Virus record (IMG/VR): IMGVR_UViG_2518285546_000003
Coordinates: 86-64,085 of that record
DNA: 64,000 nt
Origin: a virus
Direction: 5' to 3' (one strand)
A program made the position numbers and the translations under genes. The notes under the pieces were generated by a model that did not search any database, was not told the origin of the DNA, and worked only from the letters and a program-made list of their open reading frames with translations. Shown piece after piece: positions 9,987 through 19,935 of the stretch (position 1 is its first letter; each line of letters opens with the position of its first letter).

Positions 9987-10205
9987 TTCTTTGAAGTGTT
10001 TATAACAGGCAAAAGAAAGGCACAACCCCTCTAACAGGCGTCCCCTCAAATCCCGCATCAACAGCGAGTTTGACGCCAAGAAAATTAGCCCCGAGCGCCC
10101 TGCCCTCCGCCGTCGGCTCCCCGTCTTCGGCACGCTCTATTGCCCCATCCCCTGGGGCATAACTGTGCGCCATGTGCTGCACATAGAAAGCAAAGGAGTA
10201 GCAGA

Positions 10206-11513
10206 ATGTCTGAAGAACGGGAAGATCTTCCCAACACCCCAGCCGTAGCTTCCATTATCGAACACGGCGATGTTGACGAAGTCCGGATGATCCTTGGAGA
10301 CCGCGAACGCATCAGGTATTCAGGGATCATCCGGCCCGGGATTAAAGTTCCCTTGTCTCGCTGTACCGACCGAGAAAAACAAATTTACAGCGACCTCTTG
10401 TCTAAGGGCAAAACCTTTGACGAAATCGATAAGGCCATGGGTGGCGATCCGCCAAAGAGATCAAAACTGCGGCCGAGCAACACCGATCATTTCACCGTCC
10501 GTGAAATCGATTTCCGCAACCCTGCAGATGCGAGAATGATCATCGAAAAATATGCAGATGATGACGGGAAAGTAAGAAGGATCCCGGTATGGTTTCCGAT
10601 TGGCGAACTGCATTTGGTCATCCCTCACAACTTTAGATCATTTGATGGCGGTGGGAACGTGCGAGCCGCCTCGTTTTATGAGGGTGATGACCTGATGTGC
10701 CGGTTTGTGCCCAAGGACATCAAAAAACCCAAAAAGGACGATTGGCAAATCCGCCCCTGCCCTGGAGGCCCTGAATGTCAGGCCTATGCCGCAAAAAGGT
10801 GCGTTTTCGGAGGCCTGTATAAAGTGAACATCCCCGGCGTTAGGGGCATGGGGGAAGTCATCATTCCCACCAATTCTTGGTATGGGCTTTCCGACGCCAT
10901 AGCCAATCTGAAACGGATTATCGGTATTCTCGGCAGATTTAACGGCCTGATCAACGGCCAGCCGTTCTTGGAAATCTGCAAGGTGCAGGAAGAAGTCAAA
11001 ACCCCCGATGGTAAGCGCCAAAACCAGTGGATTGTCACCATCGAGCCGTCTGTCGACCTGATGGATCTCGCACGACATGCGGAACAATCGATAACAAGGG
11101 GATTCCAAGCTGTTTCCATGTTTAACGGTCAGACTCAGGTAAAAGAAGACCACCCTTCTAGTGCCACGGCCTCACCTGATCCGGAACCAACCTCCGAAAA
11201 CAAAAATGATGGAGCCGAAGAACCGCCTTTCGGGAATGATGACCCTGAGGTCGTCAAACTCAATGAATACTTGCATGCTGCGATTAAGTGGGCCGGTTTG
11301 CCATGGGATGCTTTTGCTTCCTATGTCGTTCATGATTTTCCAAAACCGATCGACAAAATGACAGCTGAAGACCTTCGCCCTCTGTGCGAAGAAGTGAAAA
11401 AGCGCCTGAAGGAAGAAAAGGAATATTTCGTGTCCTATGTCTTGGACATCCACGCTGGTCTCGGAAGCGACCAAAGCGCCTTTTCCCCTGAAGACGATCT
11501 CCCCTTTGAATAA
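10206..11513 (+). CDS. Gp3-like (recombination directionality factor-like) protein
   Basis: GIIRPGIKV, NTDHF, CPGGPEC..C motifs; acidic tail EDDLPF (SSB-like); precedes SbcD. Confidence 0.55.
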   Translation: MSEEREDLPNTPAVASIIEHGDVDEVRMILGDRERIRYSGIIRPGIKVPLSRCTDREKQIYSDLLSKGKTFDEIDKAMGGDPPKRSKLRPSNTDHFTVREIDFRNPADARMIIEKYADDDGKVRRIPVWFPIGELHLVIPHNFRSFDGGGNVRAASFYEGDDLMCRFVPKDIKKPKKDDWQIRPCPGGPECQAYAAKRCVFGGLYKVNIPGVRGMGEVIIPTNSWYGLSDAIANLKRIIGILGRFNGLINGQPFLEICKVQEEVKTPDGKRQNQWIVTIEPSVDLMDLARHAEQSITRGFQAVSMFNGQTQVKEDHPSSATASPDPEPTSENKNDGAEEPPFGNDDPEVVKLNEYLHAAIKWAGLPWDAFASYVVHDFPKPIDKMTAEDLRPLCEEVKKRLKEEKEYFVSYVLDIHAGLGSDQSAFSPEDDLPFE

Positions 11514-11527
11514 ACAAGGAGCCATCC

Positions 11528-12856
11528 ATGAAAATTCTTCATACTGCAGACTGTCATTTCAGCAATACCCAGGACAAGCTTGAAGAGAGCATTCGAACCA
11601 CCGATTTTATTCTCGATAAGGCCGCCGCAAACCGGCCCGATGTTATTATTATTGCCGGCGACACGGTAGATGAACATGACGGAAGGATCCGTATTGATTC
11701 CGACGCGGCAAGGGCAGCTATTTCCTTCGTTCAGCGTGCCGCCGATATCGCCCCGGTTGTCATCATCCGTGGCACAAAAAGCCATGATCGGGACACACCC
11801 TATTTATTCCGGCACCTTCAGGCAAAACACCCCATTCACGTTTCCGACCAAATTGAAATGGTGGCACTTTGTCGGTCACCTTTGAATGGACCATTTTACT
11901 TCGCTACCGTGGAGGATCCCGAGCGAGGGCCGGCTCTTGCCGTTTTCACATGTATCCCTTCGTTGGACAAATCCAGCTTGATTGCTCAAACCGAAGGGCT
12001 TGGCATCAAACAGTCCAACGCCGAAGCGTCTACCCTCTTTCATGACATGTTCACCGCCATTGGCGATATCAACGCCAGAAATCTCGATATTCCCCGTATC
12101 ATGGTAGGTCACGGCATGATTACCGGTGCCGAATTCTCCAGCGGTCAAACGGCCATTGGCGAAGATATGGAGTATGGAGTCAACGATATCATCCAGGGTT
12201 GTTTCGATTATGTTGCCATGGGGCATGTCCACAAATTCCAGAAATTCCCGGGGAATATTTTTTACAGTGGGTCGCCAGGCCGAATGAATTTTGGCGAAAA
12301 AGAGTCCAAGTGCTTCATTTTTGCCGAATTCAAAGGTCAAAAGTTATTGACCACCGAAATCATAGAAACTCCGTCCAGACGTTTCGCCATGTATGAATGC
12401 GACTGGAATGATGGCGGCGTTGAAACAATCCAAAAAAATGCCGACGAATGTGAACGCGATTGCCATGGCGCCGATGTGCGTTTCCGCTACACCATTCCCG
12501 AAGAGGAAAAACACAAGATTGATCGAGCCAACCTTGAACGGCGATTTATCGACGCAGGGGCCAGCAAAGTCAAAATTGAATGCCAAATCATCCCCATGAT
12601 TCGTCAACGAGCGGCAGGCATCAGTCGTCTTTCGACCCTGCCTGAAAAAATTCTCCGCTGGGGTGAGGCTGCAGATCAGAATATTCCCTCGAGGACTCTT
12701 GACATTGCGGCCGTGATTGAGGGCCGGGATGTTGAAGAGTTGACGGCCGAGGCGATGGCACAAGTTGAAAAGGGGCCTGCCACCATCGAACTGCACCCTA
12801 CCGAAGAGACGGCAGAGGAAGAACAGCAGGATATCCAGCAGGCTCTTAATTTCTGA
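11528..12856 (+). CDS. sbcD: SbcD/Mre11-like metallophosphoesterase nuclease
   Basis: HTADCH, AGD, GTKSHD, GH, MGHVH, YSGS. Confidence 0.9.
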   Translation: MKILHTADCHFSNTQDKLEESIRTTDFILDKAAANRPDVIIIAGDTVDEHDGRIRIDSDAARAAISFVQRAADIAPVVIIRGTKSHDRDTPYLFRHLQAKHPIHVSDQIEMVALCRSPLNGPFYFATVEDPERGPALAVFTCIPSLDKSSLIAQTEGLGIKQSNAEASTLFHDMFTAIGDINARNLDIPRIMVGHGMITGAEFSSGQTAIGEDMEYGVNDIIQGCFDYVAMGHVHKFQKFPGNIFYSGSPGRMNFGEKESKCFIFAEFKGQKLLTTEIIETPSRRFAMYECDWNDGGVETIQKNADECERDCHGADVRFRYTIPEEEKHKIDRANLERRFIDAGASKVKIECQIIPMIRQRAAGISRLSTLPEKILRWGEAADQNIPSRTLDIAAVIEGRDVEELTAEAMAQVEKGPATIELHPTEETAEEEQQDIQQALNF

Positions 12857-12863
12857 GGTGCCA

Positions 12864-13241
12864 ATGAAATCGAACGAATACAGTTATGATCCTCAAAGTG
12901 ACATTATTGACTATCCAACAGAAGTTGGAGGCGGTGCCACTTTGCTTAACGCCATGATCATCGAACACATGAAGGACTATCTGGATGTTCAGGATCTCGA
13001 TTTCAATTTGACGGAAATTGAGGCCCTGGCCAAAACCATTACCGATAAGGCCGTGCGCCCCAAAGTCCTCAAGCATCTGCAAAAATATCCTGTCGGTGAT
13101 TTTGATTGGCTGAAAAACAAAATCAGCGACTTGTGCCAGGTTGCATCGTCCACCGTGGAAGGTATTGCCTGCGATGCTGTGAACGTTGCCAAGAAGCACT
13201 TCATAGCCCAGGTTCAACGGGAGGATTTTTGCCATGTCTGA
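12864..13241 (+). CDS. Hypothetical protein
   Basis: GAGG RBS; ORF in operon. Confidence 0.6.
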   Translation: MKSNEYSYDPQSDIIDYPTEVGGGATLLNAMIIEHMKDYLDVQDLDFNLTEIEALAKTITDKAVRPKVLKHLQKYPVGDFDWLKNKISDLCQVASSTVEGIACDAVNVAKKHFIAQVQREDFCHV

Positions 13242-13725
13242 GCATTGCGGAATATGCGGCAGGCTGCTTACAGATCCCGAATCTGTCGAAAGGAAAATCG
13301 GCCCGTCATGCCTCAAGAAAATGCTTTCCGAAGACTGCGCAAATGGTGGAGAAGTGAGGTTACCGCCCCAATCCTGGCCCAAAGACCAGATGGTCATGAA
13401 GGATACTCCTGGAACAAAGGAATACGTCATCCGCAGGGGGATTCTTGGCGTTGAGGCCTATGTTGTGAATGGTGCCAATGCTTACGACCTCAGACATATC
13501 GTTTATCACTCCCCAACCGGCTTCGGGTATGGATATTCCGGCAGCGGACCTGCGGACCTGGCTCGATCGATATTAGCCGACGCCGTTGGGCTTTCAATAG
13601 CCGATACCTATTATCAGATGTTCAAGGAAAAATTCGTTGCCACCATGCCGGATAACGGGGGAAGGATTGCGGAAGCGAACGTTACCAAATGGCTGAAGGA
13701 GGAAATGAATCGTGAAACGACCTGA
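13234..13725 (+). CDS. DUF6011 + DUF6166-like protein
   Basis: CGICGRLLTDPESVERKIGPSC; HSPTGFGYGYSGSGPADLA. Confidence 0.7.
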   Translation: MSEHCGICGRLLTDPESVERKIGPSCLKKMLSEDCANGGEVRLPPQSWPKDQMVMKDTPGTKEYVIRRGILGVEAYVVNGANAYDLRHIVYHSPTGFGYGYSGSGPADLARSILADAVGLSIADTYYQMFKEKFVATMPDNGGRIAEANVTKWLKEEMNRETT

Positions 13726-14218
13726 GTTGAAAGATATACCGTGGAAAGCTGTTGCAGAGGAACTTGCCCCCGGGGTTCTTCGAGCCTGCGGAGGTGATTA
13801 CCTCGAATTGGAAGAGGTTGTCCAAGATCTTAAAGAAGCTTTGGAACATGAGAGAAACTATGTCGCATACGACATAGCCAAATACCTTGATGATTACTGC
13901 GATTGGACAATCGATGATGACATCATCGATGCTCTCGATGGTGTGTTCAGCATCCGACATTCATTGCTTCAAAACGTTATAAGAAAATGGGTTGCTTGGC
14001 ACAATATCCGCCCGAGATTTTCTGTTGGAGACTCAGTGAAAATTGATTATCTGGGAAAACCTCGCGCCGGTGAGATTACTGAAATTCGTTTTGACCTTGG
14101 TGAATATATCATCTTCGTTCCGTCTCTAGGACACGTCAAAAAAGGTCCCGGTAAAAACGGCATCATCCTCTCCTATGAGGATGTCGAGTTAAATGCATCA
14201 CAATCGGATGCTGCGTAA
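13712..14218 (+). CDS. Hypothetical protein (C-terminal SH3/KOW-like)
   Basis: RFSVGDSVKI...GEITEI. Confidence 0.6.
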   Translation: MKRPELKDIPWKAVAEELAPGVLRACGGDYLELEEVVQDLKEALEHERNYVAYDIAKYLDDYCDWTIDDDIIDALDGVFSIRHSLLQNVIRKWVAWHNIRPRFSVGDSVKIDYLGKPRAGEITEIRFDLGEYIIFVPSLGHVKKGPGKNGIILSYEDVELNASQSDAA

Positions 14219-14250
14219 CCAATAGGAAACCCAAAAACTAGGAGTTATTC

Positions 14251-16884
14251 ATGATTTTGCATACTCTTCGGCTTCGTTGTTTTAAAGGATTGCGTGCCGG
14301 TATCGGCCTTGAAGAAATCACCATCGATTTCGAAAAAATGCCCATGGGTCTCATTGCTATCGTCGGTGGCAATGGCATGGGAAAAACGACTCTTATGGAC
14401 AACATGCATCCCTATCGAATCATGCCGTACAAACTCCGAAAAGCCAAGGACTGGAGCCCCAACGCCTTTAGCTTTTACGACCAGTGTTATGGATCGGACG
14501 CCCTGAAGGAAGTGATCTTTTCAATTGGTGGTACCTGGTATCACTCCGTGGTCATGATCGATGCCGACCGCCGCAAACAGGAGGCTTACCTGTACCGTGG
14601 AGACGTCGCACTTTCCGAGAATTCAGGCAGTAAGTTCTCGTGGCACCCACTCAACGACGGGAAAACCCGCACCTACGATGAAGCCGTGGAAAAGGTGTGC
14701 GGTTCCCCCACCCTGTTTTTTTCCAGTGTTTTCCGGAGCCAGGGGGCAAAAAACCTGTCGGACTATACCCGTGGTGATATTGTCGGGATCGTTACCGAAT
14801 TGTTGAATATCGACCACATCAAGGAACAGGGTGAAAAAGCACGTCAGGTGGTTTCCGCCCTTACTGATCGATCCGCCCGACTCGGCCTTGATATCGAGTC
14901 CATTGAAATGGATCTTGCCGGTGAAGACCAAATCAAGGCCTGCGAGAAAAATATTCGGACGAGCATTGATGCCCGCAATGTGGAGGTCGAAAACCTCAAG
15001 ATCCAAGTGGCCGGATCTCGCAAATCTCTGGTTGAATGCGAACAGCGCCAGGAATCCAGAAAAACCGACGAAGAACGGCTCGGCAAACTGGATGCCGATG
15101 CGGAAAAAACCCGTCAGGATCGTTTGCAGGTCCAGGAACAAATTGCCGACAAAAAGGCCTCTGCCAACAAACGGTTGGAGCGCATTGGCATAGACATATT
15201 CAATGCCAATGCGGCCCTGGAGAAAGAAACCTCTGACCTCGAAAATGAAGCGACCGAATCTTTGCAGCGGATTGACGGACGTTTAAACGAGGTGAATAAA
15301 CGCCTGGAACGGGCCCGGAAAATTGCCGATAACGCTGAGGCCATCCGTGAAAAGGTCAAAGAGGAAGAAGAAGTCAAGGCTTCCATCACTTCCAAGAAAT
15401 CCGATATCGAAACAGCCGAGTCTGAACGAAGCACTCTCGCTGAAAAATCCGCAGAACTCGAATCCTTGAACCGTCGACAAACCGAAATCAGAAACAATCT
15501 CTCCATAGCGAAAAAAGATCATGAGCAAAACATTCTCATGGCGGAAAGGGATCTCGATACAGCCCGCCGGGAAGCTTCTAAATTAGAGGGGGTCGACTGT
15601 CGCAACGATGCAACTGGCTGGGTAAACCCTTCTTGTCGATTCGTATCAGATGCCGTTGCCGCAAAAAATGACATCCCACGGCTTGAGAACCTTCTTGCAA
15701 CCGCCAGGGAAACACCCAAAACGATCATTGATCTGGAAAAGGACAATCAGGGAATCCTCGATGCCATAAAACCTCTGGAAAACGTTCCCGACGACCTTGA
15801 GAACTGCGAGAGGGTCATCCGTAATTTAAGGCAGGACATTGCCAATCTCGAAACCAGTTTGGCGGAGATTTCCAAATGGACAAAATTGATTCCCGATCTT
15901 GACCGAGCAGAATCCGACATCACCGCCCTTACCGCAGAATCCGACAGTATCTGTGAGGAGCGTACCCAAGCCGTTGCGCGATTCGATGAACGCAAAGACA
16001 AGAGCATAGAACGGAATAAACTGGTTGTCATAAAGGCCCAGGAAGATCGTTCCGAGACCAAGCGAGAACTCGCCAAAGAATTGGCCTCTCTTGATGGGAA
16101 ACTGAACGATATCGATTGCCGTCTAGCCGAAATTGCAAACGAGGCCTACGATCTCCGCGCCTCCCTGTCTGAAGACCTTGCTGATAAGATCATGTCCTTG
16201 AATGAGTCCATAAAGACATCCGAAAAGCAGATACAGGATGCCGATATGGACCTTCAGAGGTTGCACTCAGAGCTTGGAAAGGTCCAGGGTCAGCTTGAAA
16301 CCTTCGCCGTCAAGCGAACCAAAAAGGAAACACTTGTTGCCACGAGGGATAAGATCGACCATGAAACTGTCAATTGGAAGGTGCTTGCAAAGGCATGTAG
16401 CAATGACGGGATTATTGCCCTGGAAATCGACGATGCCGGGCCGAGCATAGCCGCCATTGCCAACGACCTTCTCAACGCTTGTTATGGTCCGCGATTTTCC
16501 GTGCGTCTTGAGACTCAGTCGGCCAAAGCCGACGGATCCATGAAGGAAGATTTCGACATCGTTGTTTTCGATGCCGAGACCGACGAGGTTAAGTCCATTA
16601 CCGAAATGTCTGGCGGGCAATGTACCTGGATTGAAGATGCCATCACCCGGGCCATCTGCCTTTTCAATATTCATCGGTCCGACCGCGCTTTCGGAACACT
16701 GTTCAGCGATGAAAAGGATGGCGCACTTGATGCCGCACGCAAGGTCGAATTCCTGGCCGTAAAGAGACGTGCCATGGAGATCGGCACCCACAGCCGCGAA
16801 CTCTTCATTACTCAGACGCCCGAACTCGTTGCCATGGCAGATGGCCAGATTCTCTTGGAACCAGGGAAGGTCAAGGTGGCGTGA
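14251..16884 (+). CDS. sbcC: SbcC/Rad50-like SMC ATPase
   Basis: Walker A GGNGMGKT, long coiled coil with central Cys pair, MSGGQ signature, FSDEKDGALD. Confidence 0.92.
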   Translation: MILHTLRLRCFKGLRAGIGLEEITIDFEKMPMGLIAIVGGNGMGKTTLMDNMHPYRIMPYKLRKAKDWSPNAFSFYDQCYGSDALKEVIFSIGGTWYHSVVMIDADRRKQEAYLYRGDVALSENSGSKFSWHPLNDGKTRTYDEAVEKVCGSPTLFFSSVFRSQGAKNLSDYTRGDIVGIVTELLNIDHIKEQGEKARQVVSALTDRSARLGLDIESIEMDLAGEDQIKACEKNIRTSIDARNVEVENLKIQVAGSRKSLVECEQRQESRKTDEERLGKLDADAEKTRQDRLQVQEQIADKKASANKRLERIGIDIFNANAALEKETSDLENEATESLQRIDGRLNEVNKRLERARKIADNAEAIREKVKEEEEVKASITSKKSDIETAESERSTLAEKSAELESLNRRQTEIRNNLSIAKKDHEQNILMAERDLDTARREASKLEGVDCRNDATGWVNPSCRFVSDAVAAKNDIPRLENLLATARETPKTIIDLEKDNQGILDAIKPLENVPDDLENCERVIRNLRQDIANLETSLAEISKWTKLIPDLDRAESDITALTAESDSICEERTQAVARFDERKDKSIERNKLVVIKAQEDRSETKRELAKELASLDGKLNDIDCRLAEIANEAYDLRASLSEDLADKIMSLNESIKTSEKQIQDADMDLQRLHSELGKVQGQLETFAVKRTKKETLVATRDKIDHETVNWKVLAKACSNDGIIALEIDDAGPSIAAIANDLLNACYGPRFSVRLETQSAKADGSMKEDFDIVVFDAETDEVKSITEMSGGQCTWIEDAITRAICLFNIHRSDRAFGTLFSDEKDGALDAARKVEFLAVKRRAMEIGTHSRELFITQTPELVAMADGQILLEPGKVKVA

Positions 16885-17225
16885 TGGGCGAATCAATCCA
16901 AAAAGATGGGGACCAGATTAAACCACTTTTCATCCCACTTTTTACGGAACCCTTCGAAAGGTTCGAAAGTGGAGAGAAAGACAAGGAATACCGCAATTAT
17001 GGGCAACGATGGAACGAAAAAACATGTTTTCCCGGTAGACCGGCAACACTGAGCCATGGTTATGGAAAAAAGAGACGGTTGCAAGGCATAGTGGTCTCTT
17101 TCGAGCGAAAACCCATAGATGAACTTGACCAAGTCGCACGCAGAGATTTTCTTGCCTGCTATGGGCCGAAGGCTTCCGACAGTGTGGCAATCATCGGCAT
17201 AAAAATAGAGCGAGGTGATAAATGA
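16884..17225 (+). CDS. ASCH/PUA-like protein
   Basis: LFIPLFTEPFERFESGEKDKEYR motif. Confidence 0.65.
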   Translation: MGESIQKDGDQIKPLFIPLFTEPFERFESGEKDKEYRNYGQRWNEKTCFPGRPATLSHGYGKKRRLQGIVVSFERKPIDELDQVARRDFLACYGPKASDSVAIIGIKIERGDK

Positions 17226-17404
17226 CTTCCGATCAAGCTTCCGTTATCGACCAACGTGTCAACTCTCTTTCAGGCCGCAAAATTACCGGCCTTGAGATTA
17301 ATCATCTCGCGGCGAAACTTGGCCTTACCTGGCAAGAAGTTCGCGGATATATCTGCCGGTATCATAATCGCAGAAACAGAAAGAGAGCAAAACGGAAAGC
17401 ATAA
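17222..17404 (+). CDS. Hypothetical small HTH-like protein
   Basis: 60 aa, LAAKLGLTWQEVR. Confidence 0.5.
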   Translation: MTSDQASVIDQRVNSLSGRKITGLEINHLAAKLGLTWQEVRGYICRYHNRRNRKRAKRKA

Positions 17405-17413
17405 CACCTTGTA

Positions 17414-17446
17414 GATAACGTAACGTTATCCGTAGCGTAACGTTAT
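17414..17446. promoter_or_regulatory. Palindrome/direct repeat upstream of kfrA-like gene
   Basis: GATAACG-TAA-CGTTATC plus second CGTAACGTTAT. Confidence 0.55.
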
Positions 17447-17460
17447 TCATGGAGGATACA

Positions 17461-18018
17461 ATGCCACGAGAAGGGATTACCTATCGTCAGGTGGAAGAAG
17501 TGTGCGATATGCTGGCAGCCGAAAACCGGCGAATAAGCGTCCGTGCCATCCATGCAGAAACCGGCGGATCAATGTCAACGGTTTTGAAACATTATCGGAC
17601 ATGGCAAGAACAGGAGGGTAAAAAAGAGCTTCCTCTTCAAGGTGTATCGCCGGCGTTTCGCAAATCCCTCGAGGCTGAAATCGCACGCCACGTCTCCATC
17701 GCACGGGATGAAAGCAAAGATCTCATCAACGATCTACGGCGCCAGGTCGACGAAGCTGGCGACCTGCTTGCCGACGCCGAGGAAAAACAAAATAAACTCA
17801 ACCTTGTCATTCAGGATGAGAAAAAGCGCATCGCTGAACTCGAAAAGAAACTTGCGGCCAGCGATGCGCTTTACGGTGTGGCAAAAGATGAATGCCTATC
17901 TTTAAAGGACCGTCTGCAGGATGCAATAACGGAGAAAAACGAACTTGAAAAATCCCATGCCGTGATGGATGCAATGTTGAAAAGCCTTGAAAAGAAATTA
18001 GATCAGAATGATAGCTGA
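17461..18018 (+). CDS. KfrA-like DNA-binding coiled-coil protein
   Basis: ITYRQV...ISVRAIHAETGGSMSTVLKH (KfrA_N) + coiled coil. Confidence 0.8.
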   Translation: MPREGITYRQVEEVCDMLAAENRRISVRAIHAETGGSMSTVLKHYRTWQEQEGKKELPLQGVSPAFRKSLEAEIARHVSIARDESKDLINDLRRQVDEAGDLLADAEEKQNKLNLVIQDEKKRIAELEKKLAASDALYGVAKDECLSLKDRLQDAITEKNELEKSHAVMDAMLKSLEKKLDQNDS

Positions 18019-18902
18019 AAACACAGAGCATCAATAAGACCGGATTCACGCTCTATCAAAAGTTTTGCTTCCTGGATCAATTTTTTCATATTTTCTTGGC
18101 TGGCATCATCCATGTCATCAGATGCGACATTGAGTTCAGTTTGAAGCCTCACGAACGATTTCCCGATCAATTGCCTTAGTTGATAGTCGACAACGTCGGA
18201 CTGACCGTCCATGAAAACATCGATGATCGGAACCGCCCATTTGGTGAGACCCCAGCCTTTGGCTTCCAAGCTCCTCGTATGCTGCCCCGTACCCAAAGAC
18301 ACAACCAGCAAGTCGTCTTCCCAGAGTTTCAAGGCTTCAGCCGCTGCGGAAGCAGCTGGATTATTTACTGCCACTCCACCATCAACAAGCAACTTCTGAG
18401 ATCCATCAAAACACAATGGGAAAGCCTCAAAATAGGTTGGAGCCGCACTGGTTGCCCGGGCCGCCGTTCGCATATGAACGGACATGGTTCCCTTTATCCA
18501 AGATTTGAAGAAAAACGGCTTCCTTTCCAGGACATCATAGCTGCAAACCATCACCGGTTTTGCAGCATCGGCCATCGGTACTCCACCAAGGAAATCCTGC
18601 AGAATAGATTCAAGGTTGAGGTGGCCGTATTTCGGACCAGAAAGACCGCACATGGACAATATGCGGTGGCTGAGCGGCCTAGAAAAGATCTTATCACCGT
18701 TCTCCAAGTACATATTGGCAGCCTCTTCTGCAGAATAGCCGGCTGTCAGAAGAAGAGCGATAATTCCTCCGGTTGAGGTTCCAGCAAACAGGTCGAACAG
18801 GTCAACAGCCTTACAGTTGCAACGTTTTTCAATTTCTGACAACACAATGGCCGGGATCAGCCCCCTGATCCCGCCACCGTCGATGGAAAGAACACGTTTC
18901 AT
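18003..18902 (-). CDS. Patatin-like phospholipase
   Basis: DGGGIRG, GTSTG, SAAPTYF, DGG motifs. Confidence 0.95.
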   Translation of the reverse strand: MKRVLSIDGGGIRGLIPAIVLSEIEKRCNCKAVDLFDLFAGTSTGGIIALLLTAGYSAEEAANMYLENGDKIFSRPLSHRILSMCGLSGPKYGHLNLESILQDFLGGVPMADAAKPVMVCSYDVLERKPFFFKSWIKGTMSVHMRTAARATSAAPTYFEAFPLCFDGSQKLLVDGGVAVNNPAASAAAEALKLWEDDLLVVSLGTGQHTRSLEAKGWGLTKWAVPIIDVFMDGQSDVVDYQLRQLIGKSFVRLQTELNVASDDMDDASQENMKKLIQEAKLLIERESGLIDALCFQLSF

Positions 18903-19360
18903 ACCTGACCCCTTTCCAGTCGTTCAACCTTTCTATCCAGTTCAATATGATCTCTTTGATGCACACTTATGAACTCATCCATTCGGCGTTCTTGACCATC
19001 AAGACGACGATCAAACGCGCCAGTACGTTCCTCGCAACGAGTTCCGGCGGCTTTCAATTCCTCCCCATGCTTATTCACCTTTTGAAAGATCTCGGTGATC
19101 GTATCCTTAAAGTCTTCGCCAAGTTTGTTAATCCTGACTCCCAACTCCTGTCCAAGCTTATCCAAGCCTGTATTCAAGGCGGTGATTGCGTTATTTACGG
19201 AATCCTCCCTACCCTTTTTCGCCAGCCGGTAGTAATAACAAAGAAGGGCAAGCAGGCCCATGATGATGAATGTCGCAAGCCACAAAAAAAATTGCTCCCA
19301 CGGGAAGTTGATTACAGGTGTCTGTTGCTCGGCTGCCATGGCGACAGTGGCAAGTATCAT
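18899..19360 (-). CDS. Holin-like membrane protein
   Basis: One TM helix + coiled coil, between endolysin and patatin. Confidence 0.5.
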   Translation of the reverse strand: MILATVAMAAEQQTPVINFPWEQFFLWLATFIIMGLLALLCYYYRLAKKGREDSVNNAITALNTGLDKLGQELGVRINKLGEDFKDTITEIFQKVNKHGEELKAAGTRCEERTGAFDRRLDGQERRMDEFISVHQRDHIELDRKVERLERGQV

Positions 19361-19378
19361 GCAATTCCCTCACTGGAA

Positions 19379-19398
19379 GTGCTTTATATAAAAAGCAC
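19379..19398. promoter_or_regulatory. Palindromic operator
   Basis: GTGCTT-TATATAAA-AAGCAC. Confidence 0.65.
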
Positions 19399-19403
19399 TC
19401 TCA

Positions 19404-19913
19404 TCAAGAAAAAATCCGGATATAGCATTTAACAAGGGACCTCGATCTGGTCTTGCGCCACACGCCGTCACCGGATCGGCTATCCCTGTCCCCTTTACCA
19501 TTTGTGTTTCCTTCGATCGTTTCGATGGAATCTCCTTTCTGATCAGACGCAACAATGCCAATGTGCGAAAAGTCGAAAATAACGATATCGCCCGCCTTGG
19601 CCTGTTCCTCTTCAGAGAGGACAACAAGCCCATGTTGCCGCGCCCACTTTTCCCATCCAAAAGCCGATGCATCGCGACACCGCCACTTTTTCACCTTTTT
19701 TTCCGACAACCCGAGAGCGGCAAGTAATGCCGGATCTTCCAATGATCTTTTCAGAACCCAGGCAACAAAAGCGGCACACCAGGCCCAAGGGCCAGGCTTG
19801 AGCCAGGTGGCTTTCTGATAGGCTCGCACCTTATCGCCACAGTTGTTGCCACCCTCTTCGCGCACTCCAACTTCGTTTTGGGCTATTTCGACGATTTTTT
19901 CAGCTGCAGTCAT
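19404..19913 (-). CDS. CHAP-domain endolysin
   Basis: WCAAFV, AGDIVIF, SHIGIV, TIEGNT. Confidence 0.9.
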   Translation of the reverse strand: MTAAEKIVEIAQNEVGVREEGGNNCGDKVRAYQKATWLKPGPWAWCAAFVAWVLKRSLEDPALLAALGLSEKKVKKWRCRDASAFGWEKWARQHGLVVLSEEEQAKAGDIVIFDFSHIGIVASDQKGDSIETIEGNTNGKGDRDSRSGDGVWRKTRSRSLVKCYIRIFS

Positions 19914-19935
19914 AGAAAATACCTCGCGATTCTTT

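Noticed and set aside
18003..18902. CBASS CapV-type defence effector
   Set aside because: No nucleotide cyclase nearby; gene is coupled to the lysis cassette
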